Shown: in pieces, positions 61,601 to 64,000 of the stretch
How positions within the stretch are numbered: position 1 is the first letter of the stretch
Layout of the letters: every line of letters begins with the position of its first letter
DNA from: the human T2T-CHM13v2.0 reference genome, Homo sapiens
DNA: 64,000 nucleotides
NCBI RefSeq assembly: GCF_009914755.1
Contig: NC_060940.1
Direction: 5' to 3' (one strand)
Position numbers and translations under genes: made by a program
The notes under the pieces: model-generated
Told to the model about the DNA's origin: nothing
What the model saw: only the letters and a program-made list of their open reading frames with translations
Database searches by the model: none

Positions 61601-64000
61601 TCCATTCGATTCTATTCGAAAATGATTACATTTGAATCCATTTGATGACGATTCCATTCCATTCCATTTGATGATTCCATACTATTCTATTCGATGATGA
61701 TTCCATTCGATTCCATTCGATGATGATTGGATTCGATTCCATTTGATGATTTCATTTGATTCCATTCGTTAATGATTTCGATCAATTCCATTCGATGATT
61801 CCATTCGATTCCATTCGATAATGATTACATCCGAGTCCATTCGATGATTCCATTTGAGCCTGTTCGATAATTCCATTTGAGTCCAACCAATGATTCCATT
61901 CATTTCCATTCAATGATTCCATTCGAGTCCATTTGATCATTCCGGTAGGGTCCATTCGATGTTGATTCCATTGGAGTGCATTCGATGATTCCATTCGAGT
62001 CCATTTTAGGATTTGATTCGAGTCCTTTCGATGATTCCATTCGATTCCACTCGATGATGATTTCATTCGAGTCCATTCGACACTTCCAATCGATTCCATT
62101 TGATGATTCCATTCGAGTCCTATTGATGATTCCATTCAATTCCATTCGATGATGATTCCGTACGATTCCATTCTGTGATGATTCCATGTGATTGCATTCA
62201 ATGATGATTCCTTTCGATTGCATTCGATTATGATTCATTTCGTCTTCATTCTATGGTTCCACAGGTTTCCATTCGTGTCCATTCCATTATTCCATTCTAT
62301 TCCATTTGATGATGATTCCATTCGATTCCATTCATTGGTGATTCCACTCAATTCCATTCAATGATTCCATTCCATTTCTTTCAACAATGATTCCATTAGT
62401 TTCTAATCGATGATCCACTTGATTCCATTTGACGACGATTCCATTCTTGTCCATTCGATGATTCCATTTGATTCCATATGATGATGATTCCATTCGATTC
62501 CATACCATGATGATTCCATTCGAGTCCATTCAATGGTGATTCCATTCAATTCCATTCGATGATTCCTTTCGATTCCATTCGATGATGATGGCATTCGATT
62601 CCTTTCAATCATTCCCTTTGATTCCATTCAAAGGTGATTTCATTCAAGTCCATTCGATAATTGCATTCGATTCCATTCTATGATGATTCCATTCGAGTCC
62701 ATTTGATGATTCCATTCAATTCAAGTCAATGATGATTCCATTCGATTCCATTCGATGATTCCATTGGATTCCATTCGATGATGATTCCATTCAAATCCAT
62801 TCGATAATTCAATTCAAGTCCATTCGATGATGATTCCAATCGAATCCATTCAAAGATTCCATTCAGTTCCATTCGATGATTCCCTTGGATTCCATTCGAT
62901 GATTCCACTTGATTGCATTTACGATGATTCCATTCGATTCCATGTGATGATTCCATTCAATTCTATTCAATGATGTCTCCATTTGATTCCATTCGACCAT
63001 GATTGCCTTTGATTCCATTCAATGATTCCATTCGGTTCCGTTTGATGATGATTCCGTTCGATTCCATTTGATGATTCCATTTGATTCCATTGGATGAGTC
63101 CATTCGATTACATTCGATGATTATTCCATTCGAGTGCATTAGATGATTCCATTCGAGTCCATTCGATGATTCCATTCGATTCCATTCGATGTTGATTCTG
63201 TTCAAATCCATTCGATGATTCCACTCGATTCCATTCGTTGACTCCATTTGATCCCATTCGATGATTTCCTTTGATTCCCTTTGATGATCATTCCATTTGA
63301 TTCAATTCGGTGATTTCATTTGATTCCATTCAGTGATGTTTCCATTCGACTCCATTCGATGATGATTCCATTCGACTCCATTCGATTATGATTTCATTCA
63401 ATTCCATTCGATAATGATTCCCTTCGAGTCCATTCGATGATTCCATTCGATTCCATTCAACGATGATTTGATTCGTGTCCATTCGATGATTCCATTTGAT
63501 TCCACTTGATGATGATTCCATTCGAGTCCATTTGATGATTCCATTCAATTCCATACTCCGATGATTTCTTTTGAGCCCACTCAATGCTTCCACTCGATTC
63601 CATATGATGATGACTCCATTCGATGAAATTCGATGATGATTCCATTCGCTTGCTTTCGATGATGATTCCACTTGAGTCCGTTAGAAGATTCTATTCAATT
63701 ACATTCCATGACGATTCCGTTCGAGTCCATTTGATGATTCCATTAGACTCCATTCGACGATGATTCCATTCGATGTTATTCGATGATTCCATTCGATCTC
63801 ATTCGATGATGATTCCATTAAACTCCATTCGATGTTTCCATTCGAGTTCATTCTATTATTCCATTAGATTCCATTCGATGATGATTCCATTCGATTCCAT
63901 TTGATGATTGCATTCTATTTCATTTGATGATGATTCCATTCGAGTCCACTCGATGATTCCATTCGAGTCCATTTAATGAATCCATTGGTTTCAATTCTAT
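58682..64000 (+). repeat. HSat2 unit U11 (partial, cut by window end; carries 49-bp deletion)
   Basis: Offset 58681 (141->58822, 2770->61451), then 58632 (3150->61782); window ends at unit position ~5368. Confidence 0.92.

Larger units (their letters stand above)
1..64000 (+). repeat. Human satellite II (HSat2/HSATII) tandem array with ~6.1-kb nested period; probably HSat2B, chr16q11.2-type
   Basis: Continuous degenerate ATTCC/ATTCG pentamers punctuated by ATG/ATGATG give 23/26-bp monomers, with very dense TCGA (TaqI) and GANTC (HinfI) sites. This distinguishes HSat2 from (CATTC)n HSat3. The landmark ORF ends at 141, 6253, 12365, 18477 and 24589, spaced exactly 6112 bp. Family call is firm; subfamily and chromosome are from recalled knowledge only. 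Confidence 0.97.

Noticed and set aside
141-63671. Numerous 60-137 aa minus-strand ORFs (MESSNGIEWNHRM... repeats)
   Set aside because: They are translations of GAATG/GAATC satellite. That strand has many ATGs and few stops, while + is full of TGA. The ORFs overlap in several frames, are low complexity, resemble no domain I recognise, and gain or lose stops freely between units.
1-64000. CRISPR-like array of 23-26-bp repeats
   Set aside because: No unique spacers, leader or cas genes; the monomers are contiguous and degenerate.
42729-64000. Possible ~11-kb higher-order repeat (short-full-short-full units U8-U11)
   Set aside because: The two short units have different breakpoints, and diagnostic variants pair U8 with U9 and U10 with U11, not U8 with U10.
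1-64000. HSat3, alpha satellite/CENP-B boxes, the chr1-type ~1.8-kb HSat2 period, or telomeric repeat
   Set aside because: No long pure (CATTC)n runs, no 171-bp monomer, no TTAGGG tracts, and landmarks recur at 6112 bp rather than ~1.8 kb.
1-64000. Inversions or inserted mobile elements (Alu/L1)
   Set aside because: The CATTC strand stays on + throughout, there are no poly-A or non-satellite tracts, and unit lengths are fully explained by the listed indels.

Overview
The whole 64-kb window is primate, almost certainly human, Human Satellite II (HSat2/HSATII) pericentromeric DNA in one orientation, with the CATTC-rich strand on +. It is built from ATTCC/ATTCG-derived 23- and 26-bp monomers such as ATGATTCCATTCGATTCCATTCG and ATGATGATTCCATTCGAGTCCATTCG. 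These are nested in a long tandem unit of exactly 6112 bp. From recall, a ~6.1-kb period fits the HSat2B array of chr16q11.2, but I have not confirmed this by alignment. Taking position 1 as the arbitrary unit start, there are ten complete units and one partial: 6112 x5, 6106, 6062, 4959, 6112, 4882 and 5319 (truncated by the window). Every length difference is accounted for by indels visible in the sequence. I see no genes, RNA genes, transposons, CRISPR arrays or inversions, and the ORF track is an artefact of strand-asymmetric satellite composition. I found no new gene system. The interesting content is array evolution: two different ~1.15-kb microhomology-bounded deletions, a 49-bp module that varies recurrently in copy number, blocks of unit sub-lineages, and patchy variant sharing between distant units.
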